This document shows positions 49,803 through 60,136 of a DNA stretch of 64,000 nucleotides, one piece after another. The position numbers were made by a program, and so were the translations under genes. Each line of letters starts with the position of its first letter. Position 1 is the stretch's first letter. The stretch is taken from the NCBI GenBank assembly GCA_036439915.1, contig GCA_036439915.1_3065.1. The stretch is one strand, 5' to 3'. This DNA is from a phage. A model generated the notes under the pieces. The model saw only the letters and a program-made list of their open reading frames with translations, was not told the DNA's origin and did not search any database.

Positions 49803-50092
49803 TCAGTCTCCAATTTAATGTTCATAATTCTAGCGTATGATTGTGCCATCTCCACGCCTCGTTCTATACATTCAAAATCAGAAGAGCACGGGTAATTTTT
49901 ATAGGTCGTTCTCATAAAACTATAGAATTGTTCAGACGATTCTACGCTTTTATTTTCAAAAAGCATATAAACGTGCCTAATACCAGATTCCATAAATTTA
50001 TCAAAATGAGGATCGACATTCGCTTCAATCGATGGAGATAAAACAAATGACAATCCTAGCATGGCAAATAGTGCCGTTGCTTTTAAGGCCAT
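49799..50092 (-). CDS. rI: lysis inhibition regulator RI (periplasmic, signal-anchor)
   Basis: 97 aa, N-terminal hydrophobic anchor, same size as T4 RI. Confidence 0.7.
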   Translation of the reverse strand: MALKATALFAMLGLSFVLSPSIEANVDPHFDKFMESGIRHVYMLFENKSVESSEQFYSFMRTTYKNYPCSSDFECIERGVEMAQSYARIMNIKLETE

Positions 50093-50104
50093 AAAGGCCT
50101 CCTA

Positions 50105-50317
50105 TCATTTTTGTCCTGTATTTACTTTATGCCGATGCACGGCCTTAACTTTATCAAGGTATTTTTCAAAATTTCGCAATCTAGTATAGTCTGCCGGAGA
50201 TTGGTTGAGTGATACTTCTCGACGCAAAGCTGAAATGATATTTCCAACTTCCCTACGAATTTCATCTAATTGAAGCACAGTAAGATTGCGAAGTTGCTTT
50301 TCAGTTAATTGTAGCAT
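50105..50317 (-). CDS. hypothetical small protein (rI.1 position)
   Basis: 70-aa ORF. Confidence 0.45.
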
Positions 50318-50359
50318 ATATACCCCTTTAGTTAGATAAACCTATTTATAACTTTTGCA

Positions 50360-50941
50360 CTAACCGAGCTTTTTAGTTAATTCATTCCAATGTTTTCTAC
50401 ACAAAGAAACATAAATTTCATCACCAATACAGATTTGATTACCTTCTTTAACTGGTGTTCCATCTTCCATTAATCGAGCTGTCATAATCGCTTTTTTGCC
50501 GCAATGACAAACTGCCTTTAGTTCAATAAGTTTATCTGCAATCGCTAAAAGTTCTTTAGAACCTTCAAACAATTTTCCAGCGAAATCAGTCCTTAATCCA
50601 TAAGCCATAACAGGAACATTATATGTATCAACAATTCGGCTCAATTGATGTACTTGTTCAGTTTTTAAAAATTGGGCTTCATCTACAAATACGCAATGAA
50701 TATCTTTTTGTGCTTCAGCCCATTTATAGAACTCGAAAATATCCATATCATCTGTAATAATATTCGCTTCCTGTTTAATTCCAATGCGAGAAACGACTTC
50801 GCAGACAGAATCGCGAGTATCAATAGCAGGCTTAAGAACTAATACACTCATTCCACGTTCTTTATAATTATGTGCAGCAGTCAAAAGAGAAGCAGATTTT
50901 CCAGCATTCATTGCTGCATAAGTAAAAATTAAACTCGCCAT
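50360..50941 (-). CDS. tk: thymidine kinase
   Basis: 193 aa, P-loop NAGKSAS, zinc ribbon CHCG...C, same size as T4 Tk. Confidence 0.85.
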   Translation of the reverse strand: MASLIFTYAAMNAGKSASLLTAAHNYKERGMSVLVLKPAIDTRDSVCEVVSRIGIKQEANIITDDMDIFEFYKWAEAQKDIHCVFVDEAQFLKTEQVHQLSRIVDTYNVPVMAYGLRTDFAGKLFEGSKELLAIADKLIELKAVCHCGKKAIMTARLMEDGTPVKEGNQICIGDEIYVSLCRKHWNELTKKLG

Positions 50942-50950
50942 ATCACCTTC

Positions 50951-51136
50951 TTAAAGCGTATTCACATAAGCTATTAATTCATTTTCTTTCTTATCAAACC
51001 GATCAGCAAATTCTTCCTGCTGTTCGGGAGATAGCGGGCCGTATTCATCATAAAAGGTGTTTGCTTCTATATGCTCATCTAGAAGTTCATGGATAAGCTC
51101 AAACAATTTATCTTTTTGTTCTTTACTCAGACTCAT
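50951..51136 (-). CDS. hypothetical small protein
   Basis: 61-aa acidic ORF. Confidence 0.4.
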   Translation of the reverse strand: MSLSKEQKDKLFELIHELLDEHIEANTFYDEYGPLSPEQQEEFADRFDKKENELIAYVNTL

Positions 51137-51302
51137 ATATTAATTTCCAGGAGTTTTAAAATAATTCGCTTTTGCTTAAATATTTCCATAGTTAAATGAC
51201 CAGTATCTTTTTGACCGATTCCAATGGCAAAACCTTTATTAACAGCGAGTTCAATTAAATTATCAAGCTCACGTAACACTTCGTATTGTAACTCAAAATT
51301 AT

Positions 51303-51530
51303 TCATTTTGGTTTACCTTCTTTAACGAAATCAGGATAAGGATAAAATCCTGAATAAAATCCTTCACCTTTATGATTGATGCATCCTTTATTAGAACAAT
51401 AGCACCAATAATCGAAATCACAAGCCATTTCATCGTTGCATAAAGCAAAAACAACAGGCCACTTACACTTTTCACAGTGGGCATTTTTAAGAATACTAGT
51501 TTGGCTCATAACCATGTAACCTTTAAGCAA
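51303..51530 (-). CDS. Cys-rich small protein (putative zinc binding)
   Basis: 75 aa, CEKC...C...C...CYCSNKGC. Confidence 0.45.
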   Translation of the reverse strand: MLKGYMVMSQTSILKNAHCEKCKWPVVFALCNDEMACDFDYWCYCSNKGCINHKGEGFYSGFYPYPDFVKEGKPK

Positions 51531-51718
51531 TATTCTTCTACATGTTGTTTACGACCTTTCTTATCAATAAAGGTATATTCAACGAATGTTCCAATGTAGT
51601 CTTTATCTACATCATGTGGACTATTAATTGGACATTTAGTACGGCAAATGCGTTCCCATTGACGAATAATTACTGCTTTGTTTTTAGGATCAAACGGATG
51701 TGGGTAATGCACTTTCAT
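51506..51718 (-). CDS. hypothetical small protein
   Basis: 70-aa ORF. Confidence 0.4.
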   Translation of the reverse strand: MKVHYPHPFDPKNKAVIIRQWERICRTKCPINSPHDVDKDYIGTFVEYTFIDKKGRKQHVEEYCLKVTWL

Positions 51719-52169
51719 AATCCACCACTATTAAATCAATATCAGGAGTAAACATGTCGATTAATTTAGAAACCTTATCCCAATCGCCGCCAGCAATACC
51801 ACAACCTATGCGTGGAATGTAAATTACCGGTTTAAACAAAAGGGTTTCTGCCTGTAGATTTAATTCTATCATGCAGTTTACTAAAGCACCATAATCAAGA
51901 TTAGGACCTGGTTCGTATTGCGTATACAAGTTATAACATATGCCAAAACCATTAGGTTTATGTTTAAAAACAATAGACATATCGCCTAATTTATCACGAG
52001 AACCGTACTCAGTAGTGGTTTTATCTATTTCTAAAATTTTGGGATAGGCTCTTGCTAATTGACCAGCTACACCACTGCCCATTGTATGAAAACAGTTACA
52101 CCCATGCGCAATAATATTACCTTCAAGAAAGAGGGCGACAATATCGCCCTTGATATATTTTACAATCAT
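51690..52169 (-). CDS. macro-domain protein (ADP-ribose binding/processing)
   Basis: 159 aa; GCNCFHTMGSGVAG and IPRIGCGIAGG macro-domain signatures. Confidence 0.6.
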   Translation of the reverse strand: MIVKYIKGDIVALFLEGNIIAHGCNCFHTMGSGVAGQLARAYPKILEIDKTTTEYGSRDKLGDMSIVFKHKPNGFGICYNLYTQYEPGPNLDYGALVNCMIELNLQAETLLFKPVIYIPRIGCGIAGGDWDKVSKLIDMFTPDIDLIVVDYESALPTSV

Positions 52170-52507
52170 CTAGTACTCAATCCTCGATTATAAGAATCTA
52201 CCAAACGGTCAACCATTGAATGACAAGCGGCTTTATCTTTTTCCTCCGCAACTGAACATTCTAAGGTATTCCACTTTTTAGCATATCGTTTTAACAATGT
52301 ATCGTTTTTGTATCTGCTTGATTTATCTCTTTCTCCGTCTTTATATGCATATATTAATTTCTGCGCAAATTCAGCTTGGCATGCTTTATTTTTCCCGCAA
52401 TAATCCGCTGCAGTACGGTTTACATACTCTCTAATTTCAGTATATGATGTATCTGCTAACGCAGAAAATGAAATTAATCCTATACATAAAACCAAAATTT
52501 TAGTCAT
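52166..52507 (-). CDS. secreted Cys-containing protein (vs position)
   Basis: 113 aa with N-terminal signal peptide MTKILVLCIGLISFSALA. Confidence 0.45.
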   Translation of the reverse strand: MTKILVLCIGLISFSALADTSYTEIREYVNRTAADYCGKNKACQAEFAQKLIYAYKDGERDKSSRYKNDTLLKRYAKKWNTLECSVAEEKDKAACHSMVDRLVDSYNRGLSTR

Positions 52508-53045
52508 TTACTATTTCCAAAAGTTTATTATTTTTAAGGTAATTAGCCTTTTCTAGGACTTCAGAAGCATATTTAGAACCTGCTTTAACATTCCATCCCG
52601 AATTATAAGAGGATATTGCTTTTCTTATATCGCCCTTATGTATATTTAACCAATAAGAAAGTTCAATGTACGCCCAGGAAGCTGAATTGGACCGTTTATT
52701 CAACATTCTTTTTATTTCAGCATCGGTCATATTATAACCAAGTTCCTTAACTCTTGCTCGCATAGTAGGCAAATAATTTTGGAACATTCCATAAGCGTGA
52801 TGCTTTGGTTTAGATTTTAAATTAACTCCGCCAGAGCTTTCTTGCCATAAAATAGCAGCCATTATATGACCTAATCCGCTCTTGTGGATATTTTTGTGTG
52901 TTTTATATTTTCCATCCTTAGAAAACTGTTCCCCGAATTGATACGCGTAACGCATGTTATCGAGTTGGACATTACTGAAAGTATGCTCGGAGCTATGTGC
53001 CATCATTGAAATGGCCAATAGACCAGCGAGTAGTGCTTTTCTCAT
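52500..53045 (-). CDS. periplasmic lytic transglycosylase-like protein
   Basis: 181 aa; signal peptide; WQESSGG and YGMFQ SLT-like motifs. Confidence 0.5.
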   Translation of the reverse strand: MRKALLAGLLAISMMAHSSEHTFSNVQLDNMRYAYQFGEQFSKDGKYKTHKNIHKSGLGHIMAAILWQESSGGVNLKSKPKHHAYGMFQNYLPTMRARVKELGYNMTDAEIKRMLNKRSNSASWAYIELSYWLNIHKGDIRKAISSYNSGWNVKAGSKYASEVLEKANYLKNNKLLEIVND

Positions 53046-53052
53046 GCTTACC

Positions 53053-53514
53053 TCATTGAGTTTTAATTACTGCTTTAGAAGCCTTTCCTGGTAAACGACG
53101 ACTGTTAATAATTGCCATCCTGCATTGAAGCGACGGGTCTTTGAACTTCGCATTAGGTTTACAAACTGTAAACCCAAGCCAAAGATTTCCATCTGTGATT
53201 TCTAAACGTCCAGGACGATATTCAACCCCATCAATAAAATCCTCGTCAATGTCAGGACGCGGAGGCATACTCAGGAATTCATTAACTTCTAAAACATGGT
53301 CTTTTATTTTGTGGAATAATTCAAAAACATATGTCTCATCAATCTCCCGTTGAATTGCACGATCAAGAAGATGCTGAGAATATTTTAGATGAAACGATGA
53401 GACCCCTGCTGCTTTTGATGCCTCACGAATCTCATTGTTAATTTGACGAAACTCCGACTCAAAGTGACGACGAAGCTTATTTCGACGGATAAAAACTTCT
53501 GTGTTGATAGTCAT
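53053..53514 (-). CDS. regB: endoribonuclease RegB
   Basis: 153 aa, same size and position as T4 RegB; early promoter upstream. Confidence 0.7.
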   Translation of the reverse strand: MTINTEVFIRRNKLRRHFESEFRQINNEIREASKAAGVSSFHLKYSQHLLDRAIQREIDETYVFELFHKIKDHVLEVNEFLSMPPRPDIDEDFIDGVEYRPGRLEITDGNLWLGFTVCKPNAKFKDPSLQCRMAIINSRRLPGKASKAVIKTQ

Positions 53515-53541
53515 GTTATTCTCCTCTTAACTGATAGAAAA

Positions 53542-53571
53542 ATTATACCACAGTCAAGAGGAAAAGTAAAC
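53542..53571 (-). promoter_or_regulatory. sigma70-type early promoter
   Basis: GTTTAC, 18 bp, TGGTATAAT upstream of regB. Confidence 0.6.
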
Positions 53572-53573
53572 AG

Positions 53574-53852
53574 TTATTCTTTAAATCTAATCAATTTATT
53601 CATAGACTTTGAAACTTCTGCACGAACCTCATGTAAGTTTTTAAGCTGTTCAAGACGCTGCTCATAGTAAGCAATTTCATCTTCTTCGAGACAGTCCTGT
53701 GAATCTTCTTTAAGATAACGTGCATAGTCCTGAAAAGCTTTACGGACTACTTCCTGAAAGTCATCAAGACTTTGAATTTTCTTAGGAGCGGCAGATACAC
53801 GACGAGGTGCAGTATAATACTCATAACCAAACCCTGCACTTAATTGAGCCAT
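53574..53852 (-). CDS. hypothetical protein (vs.3 position)
   Basis: 92 aa from internal Met coupled to upstream stop. Confidence 0.45.
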   Translation of the reverse strand: MAQLSAGFGYEYYTAPRRVSAAPKKIQSLDDFQEVVRKAFQDYARYLKEDSQDCLEEDEIAYYEQRLEQLKNLHEVRAEVSKSMNKLIRFKE

Positions 53853-54118
53853 TAGTATTTTTCCTCTGGTTGGAACACTGCACGACAAGCCCACATACTG
53901 GCTTCTTTGAGTTTCGTTTTAGCAATAGTTAACTGATCGAGGCTTTCGGCGTAATTCTTCGCGAGTTCATCATCTTCACAGCTATCAAATGCTTCCCAAA
54001 ATTCATCGTATAAAGCATCAAAGATAAGTCCTAAACGAACTTCAGCGTCTTTAATAGCATTTACTTTACCGATTTTTTCGTCAGTATGTGGCTTATAACC
54101 TTTAATATCTTCAATCAT
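53852..54118 (-). CDS. hypothetical protein (vs.4 position)
   Basis: 88 aa from internal Met; the T4 gene at this position is, from memory, the anti-CBASS sponge Acb2, so that is a possibility only. Confidence 0.4.
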   Translation of the reverse strand: MIEDIKGYKPHTDEKIGKVNAIKDAEVRLGLIFDALYDEFWEAFDSCEDDELAKNYAESLDQLTIAKTKLKEASMWACRAVFQPEEKY

Positions 54119-54332
54119 ATTTGACTTCCTCACCAGTACATAAATCATATTCAACTAAACGAATAGGTTCATGAATGCCATATCCTTGAACAGAAATTTC
54201 TGTCGTAGGATAAATTCCATTAATATCACCCATATTCCATGCTTCATTAAATTGCTGTTCGCCTGAATTACTAAACCACTCGGCGAAAGCATTTAGCACA
54301 TCTTTAGAACCTTCAATAATTATCTTTGCCAT
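54111..54332 (-). CDS. hypothetical small protein
   Basis: 73-aa ORF. Confidence 0.4.
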   Translation of the reverse strand: MAKIIIEGSKDVLNAFAEWFSNSGEQQFNEAWNMGDINGIYPTTEISVQGYGIHEPIRLVEYDLCTGEEVKYD

Positions 54333-54694
54333 TACAAACTCTCAGTAAAGGTACGAGCGATAACATCGCGCTGCTGTTCCGGAGTCAGAGAGTTAAAGCG
54401 AACTGCATAACCTGATACACGGATGGTCAACTGCGGATATTTTTCCGGATGCTTAACTGCATCTTCCAGAGTTTCACGACGCAGAACGTTAACGTTCAGG
54501 TGTTGACCACCTTCAATTTTAACTGTAGGCTGTGGCTCAATTTCAATTTCACGGGCATGCAAACCGTAGAAAATTTCTGGGTCTACAAAAGAGTCCTCTT
54601 TAAAGGTTTTAGAGACAATAATTCGTGCTTGAATACCATCTTCAAAATAAATAGTACCTTTATGTGTGCCTTCAAGAATTTGATATGCTTTCAT
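54332..54694 (-). CDS. autonomous glycyl radical cofactor (GrcA/YfiD-like)
   Basis: 120 aa; C-terminal about 60 aa match my memory of E. coli GrcA including [12 protein letters not shown]. Confidence 0.8.
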   Translation of the reverse strand: MKAYQILEGTHKGTIYFEDGIQARIIVSKTFKEDSFVDPEIFYGLHAREIEIEPQPTVKIEGGQHLNVNVLRRETLEDAVKHPEKYPQLTIRVSGYAVRFNSLTPEQQRDVIARTFTESL

Positions 54695-54701
54695 ATAAAC
54701 C

Positions 54702-55028
54702 TCAATTAGAAAATAAATTTATCCAAGATTGTTCTTTAATTAAAAACGGCTCAGAATCATATGCCATTAAACTTTGGGTGATTAGTCCTTTAAAAGGACC
54801 ATCAATAAATTCCATGGTAAAATATGGAATTTTATTCATTAATCTTGCATTAGGAGCAGTACACAAAACTCTGCATCCTTTGAATACACCTTTTTGTAAT
54901 TTGTATTGCTTAGGATAAAATTCGCTCAAGACGTTGTTATTTGCCAAAATTTCAAAATGATTCACCAATTTATTTTTAATAGTTTTTGGCGAAAAATAAA
55001 GATATTCGAAAAGCTGTGTGTCTGTCAT
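54702..55028 (-). CDS. hypothetical protein
   Basis: 108 aa from internal Met coupled (TAATG) to upstream gene. Confidence 0.45.
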   Translation of the reverse strand: MTDTQLFEYLYFSPKTIKNKLVNHFEILANNNVLSEFYPKQYKLQKGVFKGCRVLCTAPNARLMNKIPYFTMEFIDGPFKGLITQSLMAYDSEPFLIKEQSWINLFSN

Positions 55029-55615
55029 CATTGCATTCCGATTACGAAAAATTGCGGACGAGTAATACCACCAATGCAACATTTAATATTACAGCAGTAG
55101 TGTACAGTGTCAATATGGACGCTATAAATCTTATCCATATCAGGAGATTTAACAGGCTCATCGATTATATACAAAATTCGCGAAAGCGATAAACCTCTGA
55201 ACTTGCTTCCTTTATTACCGATAAAACTACGGACAGAATCAGTAAATAAGCGGAATCGAATATCATCACTAGAATAACGAGAAAATTCTTTTTTAATGTG
55301 GCCCGCAGAAATTTTAGCGTAAGCTGAAGTATTAGAAAGAACAATAACTGTTCCACCGTCATACAGCCAATTAGCAGCAAAGTTAGTCACAGCAGTTGAT
55401 TTACCAGATTGGCGTCCACCATCTAGTCGAAGTGTACAATATTGTTTAAGCAAGTCTTCAAATGGTGGGATATAATCGTTTTTACAAATTTCTTCTACTC
55501 TAGCATCAGAATGGTGTGTAAAAGCATTCATCAGGGATAGATAAGGACCAGTTAAAAATGTTCTCATTTTATTCTCTCTAGGTTTGGGCCATTCCGTGGC
55601 ACATGAATTGTCCAT
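55028..55615 (-). CDS. P-loop NTPase
   Basis: 195-aa ORF; Walker A GGRQSGKST, Walker B ILYIIDEP. Confidence 0.5.
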   Translation of the reverse strand: MDNSCATEWPKPRENKMRTFLTGPYLSLMNAFTHHSDARVEEICKNDYIPPFEDLLKQYCTLRLDGGRQSGKSTAVTNFAANWLYDGGTVIVLSNTSAYAKISAGHIKKEFSRYSSDDIRFRLFTDSVRSFIGNKGSKFRGLSLSRILYIIDEPVKSPDMDKIYSVHIDTVHYCCNIKCCIGGITRPQFFVIGMQ

Positions 55616-55720
55616 TTCTGTATTTACCCATTACCGCACTTGGGCTCGACCTTATTACAGGTTGGCGGGAATCCCTCATAGAATCATGAGGTCCAGCTTG
55701 TTCCCATATTTCTTATTTGC

Positions 55721-56194
55721 TTATTTGAATGATTTGACGTACTGAATAGAACCTTTACTATTCACAAAGGCAATTTTACCATTTTTATTATACATGGTAG
55801 CAGTACGTTGATAACCATAAGTTTGTTTACCAGATTGATAACCAACTAATGCGAAATTATCTTCGCCCATTTTATTCTGTTTAGCGCGAATGCGTTCATG
55901 ACCATGTGCCATAAGAACCTTAGCATCACCAGTTGCAATGGATCGACGAGTTTTTTCATCTTCGACTGTATTAACAAAGTCGTCAAATGAATCAAATTTA
56001 GCGTGAGATTTATTATACAGTTTTCCATCTACTGCATAATTATATCCCTGTACATCCATTTCAACTTCTGTACCATCATCCAATACAGCAGTAATTTTTT
56101 GACCTTTTTTAAATTTCAAAAGATCAGTAAAAGATTCAGCAATAATTTGAGAATTAATAGCTGCTTCAGTGATAAATTCTTGATATGTTTTCAT
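55721..56194 (-). CDS. internal-protein-like protein with capsid targeting sequence
   Basis: 157 aa starting MKTYQEFITEA, the T4 internal-protein CTS consensus. Confidence 0.6.
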   Translation of the reverse strand: MKTYQEFITEAAINSQIIAESFTDLLKFKKGQKITAVLDDGTEVEMDVQGYNYAVDGKLYNKSHAKFDSFDDFVNTVEDEKTRRSIATGDAKVLMAHGHERIRAKQNKMGEDNFALVGYQSGKQTYGYQRTATMYNKNGKIAFVNSKGSIQYVKSFK

Positions 56195-56203
56195 GGGTTT
56201 CCT

Positions 56204-56620
56204 TTAAATGTAAATATTTTTACCGTAATACTTGTACCAGTGTGGCTTCATTAAAATTTTTTCATCAAGTCGTTGTTGACTCAATTTAATAGCTGATTTG
56301 CATGGATTATAATCATTTTTCCATTCTGCTGGAATATCGCTGATGTCAGGAACTTCAGTATCTTTTATACTAAACCCGCGTTTTAAGCATTCCGTTATAA
56401 TGTCTGATTGACGCTTTCGCAAAAATTCTAACTTATCGTAAAAGAACGTAACATGACCAGAACCTAAAATAAACTCGGAAGATATTTTAAAATCTTTAAC
56501 CCGCTTACCATTTGCCACATGTTTACGAACTATACCAAAAACGCGTGGCAATTCACGGTATTCTGCGATTAAATGTTGATCAGCAAGTTCAGATACTAAA
56601 GTCAAATTAATACGAGTCAT
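56204..56620 (-). CDS. denV: endonuclease V (pyrimidine dimer DNA glycosylase)
   Basis: 138 aa [17 protein letters not shown]..., close match to remembered T4 DenV. Confidence 0.9.
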   Translation of the reverse strand: MTRINLTLVSELADQHLIAEYRELPRVFGIVRKHVANGKRVKDFKISSEFILGSGHVTFFYDKLEFLRKRQSDIITECLKRGFSIKDTEVPDISDIPAEWKNDYNPCKSAIKLSQQRLDEKILMKPHWYKYYGKNIYI

Positions 56621-56644
56621 TTTATCCCTCCAAGTAACTGTGAA

Positions 56645-56674
56645 TATACTATCACAGTTTTAGGAGAAAGTAAA
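56645..56674 (-). promoter_or_regulatory. sigma70-type early promoter
   Basis: GTTTAC, 18 bp, TGATAGTAT upstream of denV. Confidence 0.55.
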
Positions 56675-56679
56675 CAACT

Positions 56680-57210
<531 letters not shown>

Positions 57211-57666
57211 TTAAAAGAGGCTGTTCATTATTCGGTAAAGTGAAGGACCCATCACATATTGCCACTGAGTACGAGGAATAAGAGCAAAAGCATCCATCTC
57301 TGGAATCATAACGCCATCTTTATTTTCAAAATAAGACTCGCAATGGCAATTTCTGAACATCTCATGCTCTACTGGAATCGTATAATAAAATAACTGTAAG
57401 TCTTTATTACTAGAATATTTAAATACACCTAGGTCTTCTAGAAGGTCTGGATTATAATTGCTAAAGCCAGTCTCTTCTAAACATTCTCTTTTTGCAGCTT
57501 CCAGTGCGCTTAAGTCAGAACTTTCTACACGGCCCTTTGGAATATCCCAGCGATGTGCCATCATTCCAGGCTTACGAGAACCAGTAACCCGACCCATAAA
57601 TAAATCTTTATCTTCTGTCATAAAGATAATACCAGCTGATAATGTTTTCATTTTAATTTCCTGCAT
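57211..57666 (-). CDS. nudE: Nudix hydrolase
   Basis: 151 aa, Nudix box GRVESSDLSALEAAKRECLEETGF. Confidence 0.8.
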   Translation of the reverse strand: MQEIKMKTLSAGIIFMTEDKDLFMGRVTGSRKPGMMAHRWDIPKGRVESSDLSALEAAKRECLEETGFSNYNPDLLEDLGVFKYSSNKDLQLFYYTIPVEHEMFRNCHCESYFENKDGVMIPEMDAFALIPRTQWQYVMGPSLYRIMNSLF

Positions 57667-58136
57667 TCAGTGATAAAGTTATTTAAATTTTGAGTATATT
57701 TCTTTTCATCAAAAATCTTTTGTTGTCTGCGTAGCCGCCATGGCATTTCAATGAACGTGTACCATATCCCAGATAATATTGCTGCAGTAAAAATATTAAC
57801 AAGTATGGTTAAAAGAATCCAATCTCCTATTCTGTCCATTGGATTTTTTATAAAAAAGTAAAATACGAATGATGTCACAGGAAGACTAATAATATACCAC
57901 AGAATCATAATTTTATCTGTGAACCAATCAGCGTTCGTTAACTTAGCGCGACCATTATGAATACACACGAATTTATCATCTGTTATAATAGATGGCTTAG
58001 CTGCTTGATATCCCATTCTAAACTCCCTAATCAACAAATTTTTCATATCTTCGGAACAACCATTCCAGTCAACTCTATCAACTGAAATGCCATCATCCCC
58101 ATCATCTAAATCATACCAGCGAGTTTTTAAAATCAT
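57648..58136 (-). CDS. membrane protein (e.2 position)
   Basis: 162 aa, 2-3 TM helices. Confidence 0.45.
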   Translation of the reverse strand: MILKTRWYDLDDGDDGISVDRVDWNGCSEDMKNLLIREFRMGYQAAKPSIITDDKFVCIHNGRAKLTNADWFTDKIMILWYIISLPVTSFVFYFFIKNPMDRIGDWILLTILVNIFTAAILSGIWYTFIEMPWRLRRQQKIFDEKKYTQNLNNFITECRKLK

Positions 58137-58507
58137 TTAATTTTCCTACAATCACTCACAAACTCTTCCATTGATTCTTTTTCAATATAAGACATGTAGC
58201 TATTATATTCCTTTAATTGTATTTTGTAATCCTTTTTTCTTTGCCAATTTATTTTAAAATTATCATAATGAAAATATAACATTGTACCAAAGAATGAAAA
58301 TAATGAAATCGCTATAGTATAATGAAGTTCACTCCAAACTTCTATTATATCTATTATACCGCTGACGTTACTACGGATGTTTAAAATAAGACAGTCAATT
58401 AACAATCCAAAAAGACTACCCGCAAGAGCTGCAGCCAACGCTACAGCAAAAATTAAAAATGACTCAGGAAGAGAATATTTGACTTTATTTAGTTTTGGCT
58501 TTTGCAT
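58133..58507 (-). CDS. membrane protein (e.3 position)
   Basis: 124 aa, 2 TM helices. Confidence 0.45.
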   Translation of the reverse strand: MQKPKLNKVKYSLPESFLIFAVALAAALAGSLFGLLIDCLILNIRSNVSGIIDIIEVWSELHYTIAISLFSFFGTMLYFHYDNFKINWQRKKDYKIQLKEYNSYMSYIEKESMEEFVSDCRKIK

Positions 58508-58902
58508 CGTGATTCCTTAACAAATTTCATAATTTCATCAAATTCATGCGCAGCAAGTTTAAGCTGATGTTCCTTTTTAATCTTTTTACACTGAGCTTTC
58601 CAATCACGTACACGTTTACGATAGTGTCTTCCTTGATACCAATATCCTATCCAATTTATAGGTACTAATAAAAGCGGAACTACCAACGGAAGAATTAGTG
58701 TTGCTCCAAATATTGCACCAGATTCAATATCAGTCATAACGTCTATAACCATTCCAGCAATCACCAGAATCACAAATGATACAACTACCACAGGACCTAT
58801 TAACACATCAGTAGAAATTATCTGACGCTTTAATTCATACTTCAACGGTTTACTTGGAAGGTATAGTGATGGTTTTGACATATTCTCTACATTCCTTAAC
58901 AA
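58489..58902 (-). CDS. membrane protein (e.4 position)
   Basis: 137 aa, 2 TM helices. Confidence 0.45.
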   Translation of the reverse strand: MLRNVENMSKPSLYLPSKPLKYELKRQIISTDVLIGPVVVVSFVILVIAGMVIDVMTDIESGAIFGATLILPLVVPLLLVPINWIGYWYQGRHYRKRVRDWKAQCKKIKKEHQLKLAAHEFDEIMKFVKESRCKSQN

Positions 58903-59458
58903 ATTTTTCTAATAATAAATCGCTTTCAAAATTGGGATTTTCTACGAATTTATCAAAAAGATCATCGACAATAGTTAAGATATTCTTTTTACTAAGAATA
59001 CGTTTATTTTCATGCTTCGTTTCAGAATCAACTATAAGAGTAAAGAAATATTTCTTGCCCTGAAATTTTACAGTAGTATCAATATAGAATAAATTTGACT
59101 TTTGTAAATTACGTTTAAACCATGCATCACTTAAACTATAAACGCCAAGATAATCATAATCGTCGTTTAAATAACAGACCGTCCATTCAGGAGAAACAAA
59201 ATCAGTAAATTCAACGTCAAAATCGCATGTTAATAAATGAATTGATTCAATACTGTTAATAAGTATTCCAGGACGTATTAAAGACTTTTTACCTCTAGAA
59301 AATCTTTCTGGAAGATTTTCAACAGTTTCATATGAAGAACCCCAATAATAATTACGTCCTTCTGCCATACGTTTAAGAGCATTTAATAATTGGTCTGGAA
59401 CATCAACCTGTCTTTGGAACTCTTCAAACATTGAATTGAAATCACTTTGCATTTTCAT
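58850..59458 (-). CDS. hypothetical protein (e.5 position)
   Basis: 202-aa ORF. Confidence 0.5.
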   Translation of the reverse strand: MKMQSDFNSMFEEFQRQVDVPDQLLNALKRMAEGRNYYWGSSYETVENLPERFSRGKKSLIRPGILINSIESIHLLTCDFDVEFTDFVSPEWTVCYLNDDYDYLGVYSLSDAWFKRNLQKSNLFYIDTTVKFQGKKYFFTLIVDSETKHENKRILSKKNILTIVDDLFDKFVENPNFESDLLLEKFVKECREYVKTITIPSK

Positions 59459-59475
59459 TCCTACTTACTCCAAGT

Positions 59476-59496
59476 AATAGGGGCCGAAGCCCCTTA
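59476..59496 (-). terminator. intrinsic terminator
   Basis: GGGGCTTCGGCCCC hairpin. Confidence 0.5.
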
Positions 59497-59499
59497 TCA

Positions 59500-60093
59500 T
59501 TATTTCAGAGAATTAATATATTCCTGAACATCGGCAGAGGTAGTTTCAACCCCAGAAATATTACCATTAAAGGTTTCAACTCGAGCAAGAGTATCTTCAA
59601 TATCAACCTTAGTCAGTGCTGCAATTTCAACTACATCATCAGCAGTACTAATTCCAAGGGCATTCGCGGCGCGAGTTTCACGGATATATTCCAATTTAAC
59701 TGCAAGTTCTTGGCGAGCATCATCTAACTCAACTACTTTCTTGGCGATTTCAATTCGCATTTCAGCATAACCATCAGCTTTAGTAGTCAACTGCTCAGCT
59801 GTTCGACGATATAGTAAACCGAGTTTAGCATGCATTGTTACATCTTGACCTTCAGAAAGGAGCTTGCGAATTTCACGCTCTTTTGATTCGGCCTGCTTAT
59901 TCTTTTCGACAATAAGTTCACGAATACGCTTTTCTTCATTAATAGATTTAACAGAAGCAGTTTTTAGATCTTTAATTTTATCAAGCAATTTTGCTGCTGC
60001 GGCAGTATACTGCTCTTCAACAGATAGATTTTTAGCCATAGCAGAACCAAGTTTAGTGCGAATAAACTCAACAATTTTCTTCAGTGTGTTCAT
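59500..60093 (-). CDS. coiled-coil protein (e.6 position)
   Basis: 197 aa, predicted long helices rich in K/E/R. Confidence 0.5.
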
Positions 60094-60136
60094 AGTATTT
60101 CCTTAGGTTGATTAGAAATTAAAATCTGCAGAAGAA

